A stretch of 32,000 nt of DNA from Methanothermobacter marburgensis str. Marburg. Lineage in GTDB: Archaea > Methanobacteriota > Methanobacteria > Methanobacteriales > Methanothermobacteraceae. Below are positions 1 to 8,458 of this stretch, piece by piece (positions within the stretch are counted from its first letter, which is position 1; each line of letters opens with the position of its first letter). The position numbers and the translations under genes were made by a program. The notes beneath the pieces are model-generated. The model made no database searches and was not told the DNA's origin. It saw only the letters and a list, made by a program, of their open reading frames with translations. The stretch covers positions 1,200,001 to 1,232,000 of the forward strand of contig NC_014408.1 in NCBI RefSeq assembly GCF_000145295.1, in the 5' to 3' direction.

Positions 1-2
1 AT

Positions 3-398
3 ATGGATGATGTCGACGTGGTTCTAAGCGGTATGGGAAGTGTATCAGAGGTCAGGGAGAATGTTGAAATTGCATTGAACTCCCAAAAGCTCACGGAAGA
101 TGACCGCGAAATTTTGAGGGAAGTTAAAAGGGCCTACCGCATGAGGAAGAGTGTCCCCTGTTCAGAATGCGGATACTGCATGCCCTGCCCTGAGGGCGTT
201 GACATACCCCGTAACTTCAGGCTTCTGAATGAGGTATACAGGTTCATGAGCACTGGGGGCGTGGAAACTGAGTACAGGAAGATCATGGATGACAGGGAGC
301 GGGCATCAAACTGTTCAGGGTGCTGCTCATGCATGCCCTGCCCCCAGATGATCGATATACCCTCTGAACTCAGGAGGGTCCATGAAAAACTTGGATAG
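3..398 (+). CDS. 3' part of an aldo/keto-reductase-like Fe-S oxidoreductase (5' end outside window)
   Basis: The frame is open to the window edge. Two Cys clusters (CSECGYCMPCPEGVDIP and CSGCCSCMPCPQMIDIP) resemble the C-terminal 4Fe-4S module of COG1453-type AKR/Fe-S proteins. Confidence 0.6.
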   Translation: MDDVDVVLSGMGSVSEVRENVEIALNSQKLTEDDREILREVKRAYRMRKSVPCSECGYCMPCPEGVDIPRNFRLLNEVYRFMSTGGVETEYRKIMDDRERASNCSGCCSCMPCPQMIDIPSELRRVHEKLG

Positions 399-605
399 GT
401 GAACCCCTTGATTGAAAGGATCAAATACTCAATCAAGATTGCATTGATACTCGCTGTGCTTGGCTCAGCCGTCCTCTTTATATGGGGGATGATTGGGAGA
501 ATGGCTGTGGACTGGAACGTTCTGAGATCGGCCCTTGAAGGTTTTGTTGCATTTGGAATATTTGGATTCATACTGGGATTTCTGATATATGACCTTGAAC
601 CCTAG
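399..605 (+). CDS. small hydrophobic protein, 68 aa, no recognisable family
   Basis: GTG start directly abuts the upstream TAG stop (TAGGTG). Two hydrophobic stretches: IALILAVLGSAVLFIWGMIG and FVAFGIFGFILGFLIY. Confidence 0.4.
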   Translation: MNPLIERIKYSIKIALILAVLGSAVLFIWGMIGRMAVDWNVLRSALEGFVAFGIFGFILGFLIYDLEP

Positions 606-729
606 ATTTGAATGGAGTTACAGAAGGCAAAATGGAGCTAAAGTCTCTGATATGTGATTGAATCATAGCTACATGAAAAAGAAACACTGTTAGCACTGGG
701 ATCACTAGAGTCAGAAGTTTGTTTTTCAT
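568..729 (-). CDS. possible unlisted small ORF, 53 aa (MKNKLLTLVIPVLTVFLFHVAM...)
   Basis: Hand translation gives ATG at 729 and TGA at 568-570. A perfect GGAGGTGA (745-738) lies 8 nt upstream. The N-terminus is hydrophobic. It is below the 60-aa cutoff of the ORF track and overlaps the 3' end of 399..605 by 38 nt. Confidence 0.25.
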   Translation of the reverse strand: MKNKLLTLVIPVLTVFLFHVAMIQSHIRDFSSILPSVTPFKSRVQGHISEIPV

Positions 730-878
730 TTCAATTTTCACCTCCATTTAAATCATAAATATCGAGTTACATTTTTATGTAATTCGTGTATAAATAGGTA
801 TGTGAATCCACAGAACTGCAGTACTCTGCCGAGGAGAAAGATCAGTTTTAAAAGAATAACTGGGTGTGAAATGCAGAT

Positions 879-1502
879 ATGATGATTCATGGATTTAAAA
901 GACTTGAAAGTAAGAGAAACCATGTATACTTAATCCAATCAGGTACAGAAAGTTTCATCGTCAAAGTACACAAAACCAGCGAAAAATCTTACCTCGAATC
1001 AGAAAATGTGAAACTACTGAGGGATAAAGGAGTCAGAGTGCCTAGAATACTTGGTGTATCCAAGAATATCTTGATTGAGGAGTTCATCGAAGGAAAAACC
1101 ATTGGAGACCTGATATCTAGGGCAGACACAACATGGACAGAAAGCCTTGGAAAGTGGTTCTCAGAAATCCACAGTATAAAAAAACAGTCAAAGACCCTTT
1201 TAAAAGGTGACTGCAATCTTAAAAACTTCATATTCACAGAAAAAGAAATTTTTGGGGTTGATTTTGAATATATACACTATGGGAATCCCTATGATGATCT
1301 TGGAAAACTATGCTTCTTCATAATGGATAGTAACTCACAGATGTCCATGAATGACAAAAAACACCTTATAAAAAGGTTTCTGAGTGCCTATGAAGATCAC
1401 TCAAAAACTGTTGTAAATCCAAAAATTGTGGCTGAATACATGGAAATCGAGAAGAAAGGGGCCCTGATAAGGAGGGAACGTCATACTCCTAAATGGTTAT
1501 AA
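879..1502 (+). CDS. protein-kinase-like phosphotransferase (APH/ChoK/RIO-like fold)
   Basis: 207-aa ORF. It has an N-terminal nucleotide-binding-like strand with Lys (SFIVKVHK), a catalytic-loop-like GDCNLKNFIF and a DFE...GNPYDDLGKL segment, as in APH-type kinases. AT-rich codon usage. Confidence 0.6.
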   Translation: MMIHGFKRLESKRNHVYLIQSGTESFIVKVHKTSEKSYLESENVKLLRDKGVRVPRILGVSKNILIEEFIEGKTIGDLISRADTTWTESLGKWFSEIHSIKKQSKTLLKGDCNLKNFIFTEKEIFGVDFEYIHYGNPYDDLGKLCFFIMDSNSQMSMNDKKHLIKRFLSAYEDHSKTVVNPKIVAEYMEIEKKGALIRRERHTPKWL

Positions 1503-1531
1503 TTTGAATAATCGAGCTAGGAGGGATAATT

Positions 1532-1948
1532 CTGAGTAAAAAAACTTTCCTAACCGAAAGACAGAAAACCGTTCTTGAAATGAGGGAGAGGGGATGGTCC
1601 CAGAAGAAGATTGCAAGGGAATTGAAGACCACAAGACAGAACGTGTCAGCAATAGAAAGAAAGGCCATGGAGAACATAGAGAAATCCCGGAACACTCTAG
1701 ATTTTGTTAAATTCCTAAAATCACCTGTAAGAATACTTTGCAGACGCGGGGATACCCTTGATGAAATTATAAAGAGATTATTGGAAGAATCAAATAAAGA
1801 GGGCATACATGTAATACATGACTCAATTACACTCGCATTTCTGATAAGGGAAAAGGCCAGCCACAGGATCGTTCACAGGGTTGTTAAAAGCGATTTTGAA
1901 ATAGGAGTGACAAGGGACGGAGAAATTATCGTCGATCTAAATTCCTAG
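1532..1948 (+). CDS. tfx: DNA-binding transcriptional regulator Tfx (HTH, regulator of fmdECB)
   Basis: HTH segment LTERQKTVLEMRERGWSQKKIARELKTTRQNVSAIERKAMENI lies directly upstream of and co-oriented with fmdECB, as published for Methanothermobacter Tfx. The first ATG is at 1580, but the HTH-forming residues and a GGAGGG SD (1520-1525) lie upstream, so the 5' end is uncertain (CTG 1532 or ATT 1529). Confidence 0.8.
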   Translation: MSKKTFLTERQKTVLEMRERGWSQKKIARELKTTRQNVSAIERKAMENIEKSRNTLDFVKFLKSPVRILCRRGDTLDEIIKRLLEESNKEGIHVIHDSITLAFLIREKASHRIVHRVVKSDFEIGVTRDGEIIVDLNS

Positions 1949-1950
1949 AA

Positions 1951-1973
1951 TTTATAAAAAAATTTTTATAGTA
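1951..1973 (+). promoter_or_regulatory. candidate TATA region of the fmdECB promoter
   Basis: tttataaaaaaatttttata gives two TATA-like elements 53-75 nt upstream of the fmdE GTG, in the tfx-fmdE spacer. Confidence 0.5.
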
Positions 1974-2025
1974 CCTCCCATATACAACTAGATGCAGATA
2001 TATGCATATCGTGTGGTGATCAAAG

Positions 2026-2568
2026 GTGGGGCAGGTCAGAGAATACCTTGATTTAATAAAAAATTTCAGTGGGTTCGCAAGCCCGGGCAGTGTCATAGGA
2101 GCTCATATGTTACTAATAGCCAGGAAGGTCCTTGATTTTGAAGTCGATGAAGAAATTTATGTTACATGTGAAACGACAAACTGTTTACCCGACGCATTCC
2201 AGGCCATATGCAAATCAACAATAGGAAATGGGAGACTGAATATCCTGGACACTGGAAAAATGGCTGTCATCATCAACAGAAAGGGTATGCCTGGAGAAAC
2301 AGTCCAGGCTCTTAGAATAATACTGGATCCTGAAAAGACCGTCAATTACCCGATCATACATGAATGGTACATGAACACCCGCAAGGTATCCGCAGAAGAA
2401 GTGAATCCAGAACTCATAAGAGCCGGTGAAAATCTATATTCCTGGTATTTTGTTGATGTGATCGTTCCAGAAAAAGAAAAGAAGATAATTGAAATCTGTA
2501 ATCTTTGCAACGAACCTTTCATAAAAAGAAATGAGCTGGATCTCTGTCCAGCTTGTCTGAAAAGATAA
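2026..2568 (+). CDS. fmdE: molybdenum formylmethanofuran dehydrogenase subunit E
   Basis: 180-aa ORF with a GTG start 5 nt after GGTGAT and a C-terminal zinc-ribbon-like CNLCNEPF...CPAC. It is first in the E-C-B order known for the Methanothermobacter fmd operon. Confidence 0.85.
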   Translation: MGQVREYLDLIKNFSGFASPGSVIGAHMLLIARKVLDFEVDEEIYVTCETTNCLPDAFQAICKSTIGNGRLNILDTGKMAVIINRKGMPGETVQALRIILDPEKTVNYPIIHEWYMNTRKVSAEEVNPELIRAGENLYSWYFVDVIVPEKEKKIIEICNLCNEPFIKRNELDLCPACLKR

Positions 2569-2585
2569 ACATGAGGTGAAAAAAG

Positions 2586-3788
2586 ATGGGATTTGTGTTG
2601 GTACCAAAATCAGATTTCCAGATACCTCTGGAAGCAGATACCATAAGACCCGATCTGTTTGAAGGGCTGGATCTTGATGAAATTCGTTCCCTTCAAGTAT
2701 ACGAAGGGAACATCAAAAGACCCCTAGGCGAATTTTTTGAGATAGCAGAGACATCCCATGAAGATCAGTTAATACGGATCGATGGGGATGTCAGCAGGGT
2801 GAAGTATATCGGTTCAGGGATGAAATCCGGAAAAATCATCATAAACGGCGATGTCGGACTCCAGCTTGGCTGTGAAATGAAAGGCGGTGAAATAGAGGTA
2901 AATGGAAATGTTTCTTCATGGATCGGCATGGAAATGCATGGTGGCACCATAAAAATTAATGGAAACGCGGGGGATTATGTTGGCTGCGCATATAGGGGAG
3001 AGTGGCGTGGCATGAAAGGAGGTAAAATCATTATACAGGGTAATGCAGGGAACAATATTGGGGGTGGTATGATGGCCGGAGAAATTTATATAGGTGGAGA
3101 TGCAGGTAATTTCTGCGGCATCCGAATGAATGGGGGTGAAATAACAGTACGCGGGGATGCTGGAAGGGCCCCCGGAGCAGAGATGGTATCAGGTATCATC
3201 AAAATTCATGGACGGATCTCCTCTCTCCTCCCGGGATTCAAGGAGATCTCAACATTCAAAGAAGATGGATCCCTTATGATCCTATTCAAAGGAGATCTAT
3301 CCGAAAAAAATCCGGAGGGTAATCTATACATCAATTATAATAAGAACCTTCACATTCTAGAGAATGAGACCGATGAAGGGAGAGTCATCACAAAAAAGGG
3401 AATTAAAGTAATCTACAACAGTGGAAGTACGATCCGTGAAGGGCAGATAATAAAGGGAGGCAATAAACTCACAGATGATTATATAGATGAATGTGCACGC
3501 TGCTGTATTAGTCCTGAAGACTATAAGCTCCTAGGTGAACCCGAAAATGTTGTCGTATCATCACATGGAAATGAAGTTGTTCTGAGAGCTGTTGAGGACC
3601 CTGGAATCCAGATGGGAACAATATTCATACCCAGAGGTATATGGGCCAATGTGCTAACGCCACCGTATACCGAGTCAACCGGTTCCCCAATGTATAAAGG
3701 AGTGCCGGTTTATCTTAGAAAGGCTTCACAAGGTGAAAGGATCCTGAGTGCCGAGGAACTTGTAGAGGAATACGGGGTGGGAAAATGA
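2586..3788 (+). CDS. fmdC: molybdenum formylmethanofuran dehydrogenase subunit C (FwdC-like plus FwdD-like fusion)
   Basis: The N-terminal part carries repeated G-x-G beta-helix motifs (GGEIEVNGN, GGTIKINGNAGDY, GGKIIIQGNAGNN, GEIYIGGDAGNF, GGEITVRGDAG). The C-terminal ~130 aa resemble the molybdopterin-dinucleotide-binding FwdD domain. GAGGTGA SD at 2573-2579. Confidence 0.9.
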   Translation: MGFVLVPKSDFQIPLEADTIRPDLFEGLDLDEIRSLQVYEGNIKRPLGEFFEIAETSHEDQLIRIDGDVSRVKYIGSGMKSGKIIINGDVGLQLGCEMKGGEIEVNGNVSSWIGMEMHGGTIKINGNAGDYVGCAYRGEWRGMKGGKIIIQGNAGNNIGGGMMAGEIYIGGDAGNFCGIRMNGGEITVRGDAGRAPGAEMVSGIIKIHGRISSLLPGFKEISTFKEDGSLMILFKGDLSEKNPEGNLYINYNKNLHILENETDEGRVITKKGIKVIYNSGSTIREGQIIKGGNKLTDDYIDECARCCISPEDYKLLGEPENVVVSSHGNEVVLRAVEDPGIQMGTIFIPRGIWANVLTPPYTESTGSPMYKGVPVYLRKASQGERILSAEELVEEYGVGK

Positions 3789-5095
3789 GCGTCTATAAAA
3801 ATGTGACATGTCCCGTCTGCGGAGGGTCTTGTGATGACATAGAGGTTCTCTATGATGGGAAAACAATAAAAACAAGGAATGCTTGCAGGATGGGGAATGC
3901 AAAGTTTCAGGAGATGGTCAGCTCCCACAGAATACTTAGACCCCAGATTAAAACTGAAAGTGGTTTCAGATCCGCAGAATGGGATGAAGCCCTTGACGCT
4001 GCAGCAGAGATACTTACAGAGTCAAAAAGACCAACCCTATTCATGGGTAGTGAGATGTCAACTGAAGCCATGGCTGCAGGTCTTGAACTTGGTGAGTATC
4101 TAAATGCCATGGTGGATTCAAATGCAACCATATGTCATGGCCCCACATTAATGGGAATCCAGGAAGCTGGACAGAGCGCTGCTACGGCAGGTGAGATAAA
4201 GAATAGAGCTGACGTCATCATTTATTGGGGTACAAATGTTATGGACTCCATGCCTCGCCACATGTCACGTTACAGCATATTCATGCGCGGATTTTTCAGA
4301 GAACGTGGTAAAAAAGATAGAACTGTCATCTCCGTGGATCCCCGTGAAACAGCAACAACTAAAGCCTCCGATATCCATCTGCAGCTGAAACCAAACTCAG
4401 ATTATGAACTTTTTTCAGCACTGCTTACAGTTATAAGGGGCAATGAACCGCACAGGAGTATTGAGAGTATAACAGGGATATCAGTTGAAACCATAAAGGA
4501 AGTCGCAGACATAATGCTGAATGCGCAGTTTGGAGCCATCTATGGAGGTCTTGGACTTGCATCATCAGAAGGTAAGCATAGAAACGTTGAGATGGTTCTC
4601 AAACTGGTAGCTGCACTTAATGAACACACCAAATTTACAATAGGAGCCATAAGAGGTCATTGTAATGTTGCAGGATTTAATCAGGTGGCTTCATGGGAGT
4701 ATGGTTTCCCCTTTGGTGTTGATTTTACAAGGGGTTATCCACGCTACAACCCCGGAGAAACAACTATAGTCGATCTTCTCCAGAGAAAAGAATCCGATGC
4801 GGTCCTCGTTATATGTTCAGATCTTGGAGCTCACCTCCCCAAAGAATGCGTTGAGTATATGAAAGAGATTCCTGTAATATGCATAGATATTGCCCCATGT
4901 CCAACAACACTTGTATCTGATGTTGTGATCCCTGGAGTTATTGATGCTATGGAGTCCAGCGGCACCTTCTACCGCTTTGACAATGTTCCCATCCACCATA
5001 AGGCATTCACAACATCACCATTCCCTGAAACAGAGAGCAACGAACATACTCTTAGACAGATCCTTGAGAGGGTTAAATCAATTAAAGGCGAATAA
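3785..5095 (+). CDS. fmdB: molybdenum formylmethanofuran dehydrogenase subunit B (molybdopterin oxidoreductase)
   Basis: ATGA start/stop overlap with fmdC, N-terminal Cys motif CPVCGGSCDD...C, and a 436-aa MopB-type catalytic subunit. No in-frame stop. Confidence 0.9.
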   Translation: MSVYKNVTCPVCGGSCDDIEVLYDGKTIKTRNACRMGNAKFQEMVSSHRILRPQIKTESGFRSAEWDEALDAAAEILTESKRPTLFMGSEMSTEAMAAGLELGEYLNAMVDSNATICHGPTLMGIQEAGQSAATAGEIKNRADVIIYWGTNVMDSMPRHMSRYSIFMRGFFRERGKKDRTVISVDPRETATTKASDIHLQLKPNSDYELFSALLTVIRGNEPHRSIESITGISVETIKEVADIMLNAQFGAIYGGLGLASSEGKHRNVEMVLKLVAALNEHTKFTIGAIRGHCNVAGFNQVASWEYGFPFGVDFTRGYPRYNPGETTIVDLLQRKESDAVLVICSDLGAHLPKECVEYMKEIPVICIDIAPCPTTLVSDVVIPGVIDAMESSGTFYRFDNVPIHHKAFTTSPFPETESNEHTLRQILERVKSIKGE

Positions 5096-5102
5096 ATATC
5101 TG

Positions 5103-6182
5103 CTAACCATTTTTATTTTTTTCTCCTATGATACAGACATTCGTGGCTTTAATCAGAACTTGAAACTCTTCGCCCGTTCTTATACCAAGCTCAGTGACTG
5201 CGCCTGGAGTTACAGCCGAGGTCAGAACTATATCCCCTATCCTCAAGTTTACATAAACAATCCTTGAAGTTTCTATAATGTCTTCAACTGTACCCTTGAA
5301 GATATTCTGTGCAGATGCCATAAACGGATCAGCTGCTATCATTATATTTTCTGGTCTGATGGAAAGTATCACAGACCCCTCCCCGCAGTCAACTGTCCTG
5401 AAGATATTTGAATTAACATTTACAGAGGTGAGCCCATTCACCTGGCCTTCAACAGTCCCTTCAAGTATATTAGCACCCAGAAAATCTGCAACAAAGTAGG
5501 ACGATGGTTTATTGATGACTTCCTCCTTTTTACCCATCTGAATGATTTTTCCATGGTTCATCACCGCCACCTTATTTGAAAGCCACCATATATCATCAAG
5601 GTCATGTGTAACATGGATCACAGTGGTTTCAAAATTATCCCTGATATCTGCGATAAGTTTTCTTAGGGATATCTTTGTTCTCTGGTCAAGGGCACTGAAT
5701 GGTTCATCCATCAATAGCAATCGGGGATTCACTATGATTGCCCTTGCTATCGATGCCCTCTGGAGCTCACCTCCACTGAGGGTTCCAGGGTATCTATTCA
5801 GTACGTGATCTATACCCATCATAGCTGCGATTTCATGGACTTGTCTGTGAATATTTTCCTTCATCTCTGTCTGCTTACGAAGGCCGTAGGCTATATTCTC
5901 CTCCACGGTCATGTGAGGGAAGAGACAGTGATCCTGATATACTATGCTAACATCACGTTCCTCAGGTGGGAGGGTGGTTAGATCCGCCCCATCAAGAGAT
6001 ATCGTCCCCGAAATCGGTTCAAAGAACCCCATGATGGTCTCAAGAAAGATAGACTTACCACTACCAGTCGGGCCGATTATAACAAGATAATCTCCCCTCG
6101 AAAGGTGGAGTTCATCTACCCTGACTACGAATTCGCCAAGGTCGATTTCTAAATTATCTATATCCAGAAAACTCATTCCCAT
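5103..6182 (-). CDS. modC: molybdate/tungstate ABC transporter ATP-binding protein with C-terminal TOBE-like domain
   Basis: Walker A GPTGSGKS, signature LSGGELQR and Walker B LLLMDEP, plus a ~120-aa C-terminal extension typical of ModC/WtpC. The ORF track starts at TTG 6200; ATG 6182 follows TGGGGG. Confidence 0.85.
   Translation of the reverse strand: MGMSFLDIDNLEIDLGEFVVRVDELHLSRGDYLVIIGPTGSGKSIFLETIMGFFEPISGTISLDGADLTTLPPEERDVSIVYQDHCLFPHMTVEENIAYGLRKQTEMKENIHRQVHEIAAMMGIDHVLNRYPGTLSGGELQRASIARAIIVNPRLLLMDEPFSALDQRTKISLRKLIADIRDNFETTVIHVTHDLDDIWWLSNKVAVMNHGKIIQMGKKEEVINKPSSYFVADFLGANILEGTVEGQVNGLTSVNVNSNIFRTVDCGEGSVILSIRPENIMIAADPFMASAQNIFKGTVEDIIETSRIVYVNLRIGDIVLTSAVTPGAVTELGIRTGEEFQVLIKATNVCIIGEKNKNG
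5110..5122 (+). terminator. oligo-T tract (T5-A-T7), candidate archaeal terminator of fmdECB
   Basis: tttttattttttt lies 15-27 nt after the fmdB stop, inside the last codons of the convergent modC. Confidence 0.45.
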
Positions 6183-6963
6183 AAGCCCCCATTTTTTCAA
6201 GGAAAAATATTGTTATGAATGAAATTATCATAAGGAAGATACCGGATGCCACAGCCATCTCCACGTTTCCATAGGATAAATTAAGATACAGAGATATAGG
6301 CAGCGTATCTGTTTTCTGATAGGTACCTCCAGCAACTATCAGTACCGCTCCAAAGCAGCCTATGCATCTTGAAAAGGTAATTATTGTTGCAGCTAATATT
6401 CCATCCCTTGATAAAGGGATCATGATATTCCTGAATGTCTCAAATTCTGTATATCCAAGGGAACGGGAAACAAATTTGAGTCTCCTATCTATGTTACAGA
6501 ATGTGGAGTAACATATTCTGACCGTATACGGTAAAGAGACAAAGAACTGTGCACAGATGACTCCAAGATCCGTGAAGACTATCTGAATACCGAGTCCATC
6601 CATCATATAATTTAGAGGGGTGTTTCCAAGAAATATGAGAAGCATTATACCTATAAGAATTTCAGGGAATGCTATAGGAATATCCAGCACTGTTTTAACA
6701 ATGGATTTCCCTCTGAAGGAGTCCTCTGATAGTGAATAAGCAATGAGCAGCGCAGATAACATCACAATCACTGTTGTTATAGTGGATGTTAAAAGAGATA
6801 ATTTCACTGAGTGGATCATATCAGCACTTGTGAATGAATTCAGGATGGATTGCGGAGAGGATACTGTCCAGAGTGAAATACATATTATAAAAAATGCGGC
6901 CACAAAGATGACCGCAAAGAATCTGCAAGTACCTCTGAAAATACTCACTCGCTCAATGGACAA
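6154..6963 (-). CDS. modB: molybdate/tungstate ABC transporter permease
   Basis: 269-aa polytopic membrane protein placed between the binding-protein and ATPase genes. It overlaps both neighbours. Confidence 0.8.
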   Translation of the reverse strand: MSIERVSIFRGTCRFFAVIFVAAFFIICISLWTVSSPQSILNSFTSADMIHSVKLSLLTSTITTVIVMLSALLIAYSLSEDSFRGKSIVKTVLDIPIAFPEILIGIMLLIFLGNTPLNYMMDGLGIQIVFTDLGVICAQFFVSLPYTVRICYSTFCNIDRRLKFVSRSLGYTEFETFRNIMIPLSRDGILAATIITFSRCIGCFGAVLIVAGGTYQKTDTLPISLYLNLSYGNVEMAVASGIFLMIISFITIFFLEKMGAYGNEFSGYR

Positions 6964-7652
6964 AACCGTTCAACTCCCATCAGTGCTGCTAACCCTGCTA
7001 TCGTTGTTCCATAAAATATTACTCTTTTATCTGATGCCATGGCCATGATATCCTCAAATGTACCGTTAGCTACAGTAGAACCGGTTACCACTAAAACATC
7101 AGAATTATGAATTATCTTCTTATTGCTTTTTTTTGCATCAAATACATCTACACCATATTTTTTACCCTTATTTCCAGGATTCAGATCTGTAACCTGCAAT
7201 CTGTCTCCAAATGTCTCGTGAAGTTTCCTTACAAACGCCGGTTGAAACCCAAGCAAAGCAACTCTGTCATATCCCAGCAATTCAAGGTAATCTGAAAGTA
7301 ATTCAGCACACCTTTCAGGAGCGTTTCCAGTGCAGTGAACTGTCCTATCAATGAAACCCTTCTTCCTCATGAGTGCATTGAAAGTAGCTATCAAACACGA
7401 TTGTTTCCCTTTTACTAAAAGTTCCCCGAGGGTTCCTCTGAAATGAGTGGGAGTAGCTGTGAAGCACTCCCCTACAGTACCATCTTCAAGAGTCGCTCTG
7501 AGCATGACCTCTCTCCCCTCAACAAGAGGATAATCCTTGATGGTTGATGTATCAAGGAGAGGGTTCTTCACAGAGATCTCGACATATGTGGACTCCATGG
7601 CTGACGAATGTATCAGATAGTTCATTTTATCCCTGATAAACTCATGTATCAT
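6945..7652 (-). CDS. DUF364-like (putative heavy-metal chelation, Rossmann-like) protein, paralogue b
   Basis: 235 aa. Motifs VALLGFQP and DVLVVTGSTVANGTFEDIM...VIFYGTTIAG parallel those of ORF 8459..9169. The family assignment is from memory of the DUF364 pattern. Confidence 0.6.
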   Translation of the reverse strand: MIHEFIRDKMNYLIHSSAMESTYVEISVKNPLLDTSTIKDYPLVEGREVMLRATLEDGTVGECFTATPTHFRGTLGELLVKGKQSCLIATFNALMRKKGFIDRTVHCTGNAPERCAELLSDYLELLGYDRVALLGFQPAFVRKLHETFGDRLQVTDLNPGNKGKKYGVDVFDAKKSNKKIIHNSDVLVVTGSTVANGTFEDIMAMASDKRVIFYGTTIAGLAALMGVERFCPLSE

Positions 7653-7673
7653 GGTATCAGATCCTGGTTTAAA

Positions 7674-8456
7674 TCAGAAAATGACTTTGAACCCCCATTT
7701 TTCCCATATAACCCTGGCCTCATCTGATTTAATGTATTCAACGAATTCTTTTGATGTTTCAACGTTTCCTGAAATTGAAGTGACCGCTGCGGGTATTGTC
7801 TGGTTCTTTGCTCCCTCGATTTCAATCATTTCCAGCTTTGATTTACTGTTGTTCCATGTCAACATGTCCTCCCATATTATAACTGCATCTACCTGTCCTG
7901 AGAGGATGTATGTTAAGAGCTGATTAACTGTTGGAGTCTTTGCAACTAAATTTTCATTTATATTTACGCCCTCTTTATCAAGCATTTTCTGGGCGACTTT
8001 GCCTATCGCGCATGCCTTGGGATCTCCTATCGCAACTCTCACGTTTTCTTTACCCAGATCTTTAAGGGAGGTTATGTTCTTCGGATTTCCCCTTTTAACG
8101 GCTATGACGGGTTTATGTGAGGTTACATTCACAATGGTATCATTGATTATGTAACCCTTTTCTTTTGCCTTGTCCATTGTCGTATATTCGCCTGTTATGA
8201 GTACATCGCCCTTTTTTGATGTCATCAGTGTTGCAAGAAGTTCTCCTGAACCCCCATACTGAACATTAACCTTTTTTCCTGTCTTTTTCTCAAAATTAGT
8301 TATTATCTCATTCATTGGTTTCATGAGCCCTGCCCCTGCAAGGACTGTGATCTCTGATCCCTTCATAGTCTTTGAATTTCCTGTGATAAGATACGCTCCT
8401 GTAACCGCTGAAAGGATCAGCAACCCTATTACAAACGCCATTATCTTCTTATCCAT
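7674..8456 (-). CDS. modA: molybdate-type ABC transporter substrate-binding protein
   Basis: N-terminal membrane anchor, then ITVLAGAGLMKPMNEIITNFEKKTGKKVNVQYGGSGELLATL, which resembles the ModA family. Confidence 0.8.
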   Translation of the reverse strand: MDKKIMAFVIGLLILSAVTGAYLITGNSKTMKGSEITVLAGAGLMKPMNEIITNFEKKTGKKVNVQYGGSGELLATLMTSKKGDVLITGEYTTMDKAKEKGYIINDTIVNVTSHKPVIAVKRGNPKNITSLKDLGKENVRVAIGDPKACAIGKVAQKMLDKEGVNINENLVAKTPTVNQLLTYILSGQVDAVIIWEDMLTWNNSKSKLEMIEIEGAKNQTIPAAVTSISGNVETSKEFVEYIKSDEARVIWEKWGFKVIF

Positions 8457-8458
8457 GA

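Noticed and set aside
134-571. 145-aa minus-strand ORF
   Set aside because: It is antisense to the AKR/Fe-S ORF, whose Cys motifs identify the true frame.
3785-5095. Possible selenocysteine (in-frame TGA) in fmdB
   Set aside because: The ORF is uninterrupted, with no in-frame stop. It is a Cys-type enzyme.
5278-5808. Plus-strand ORFs 5278..5499 and 5542..5808
   Set aside because: They are antisense to modC, whose Walker A, Walker B and signature motifs fix the coding strand.
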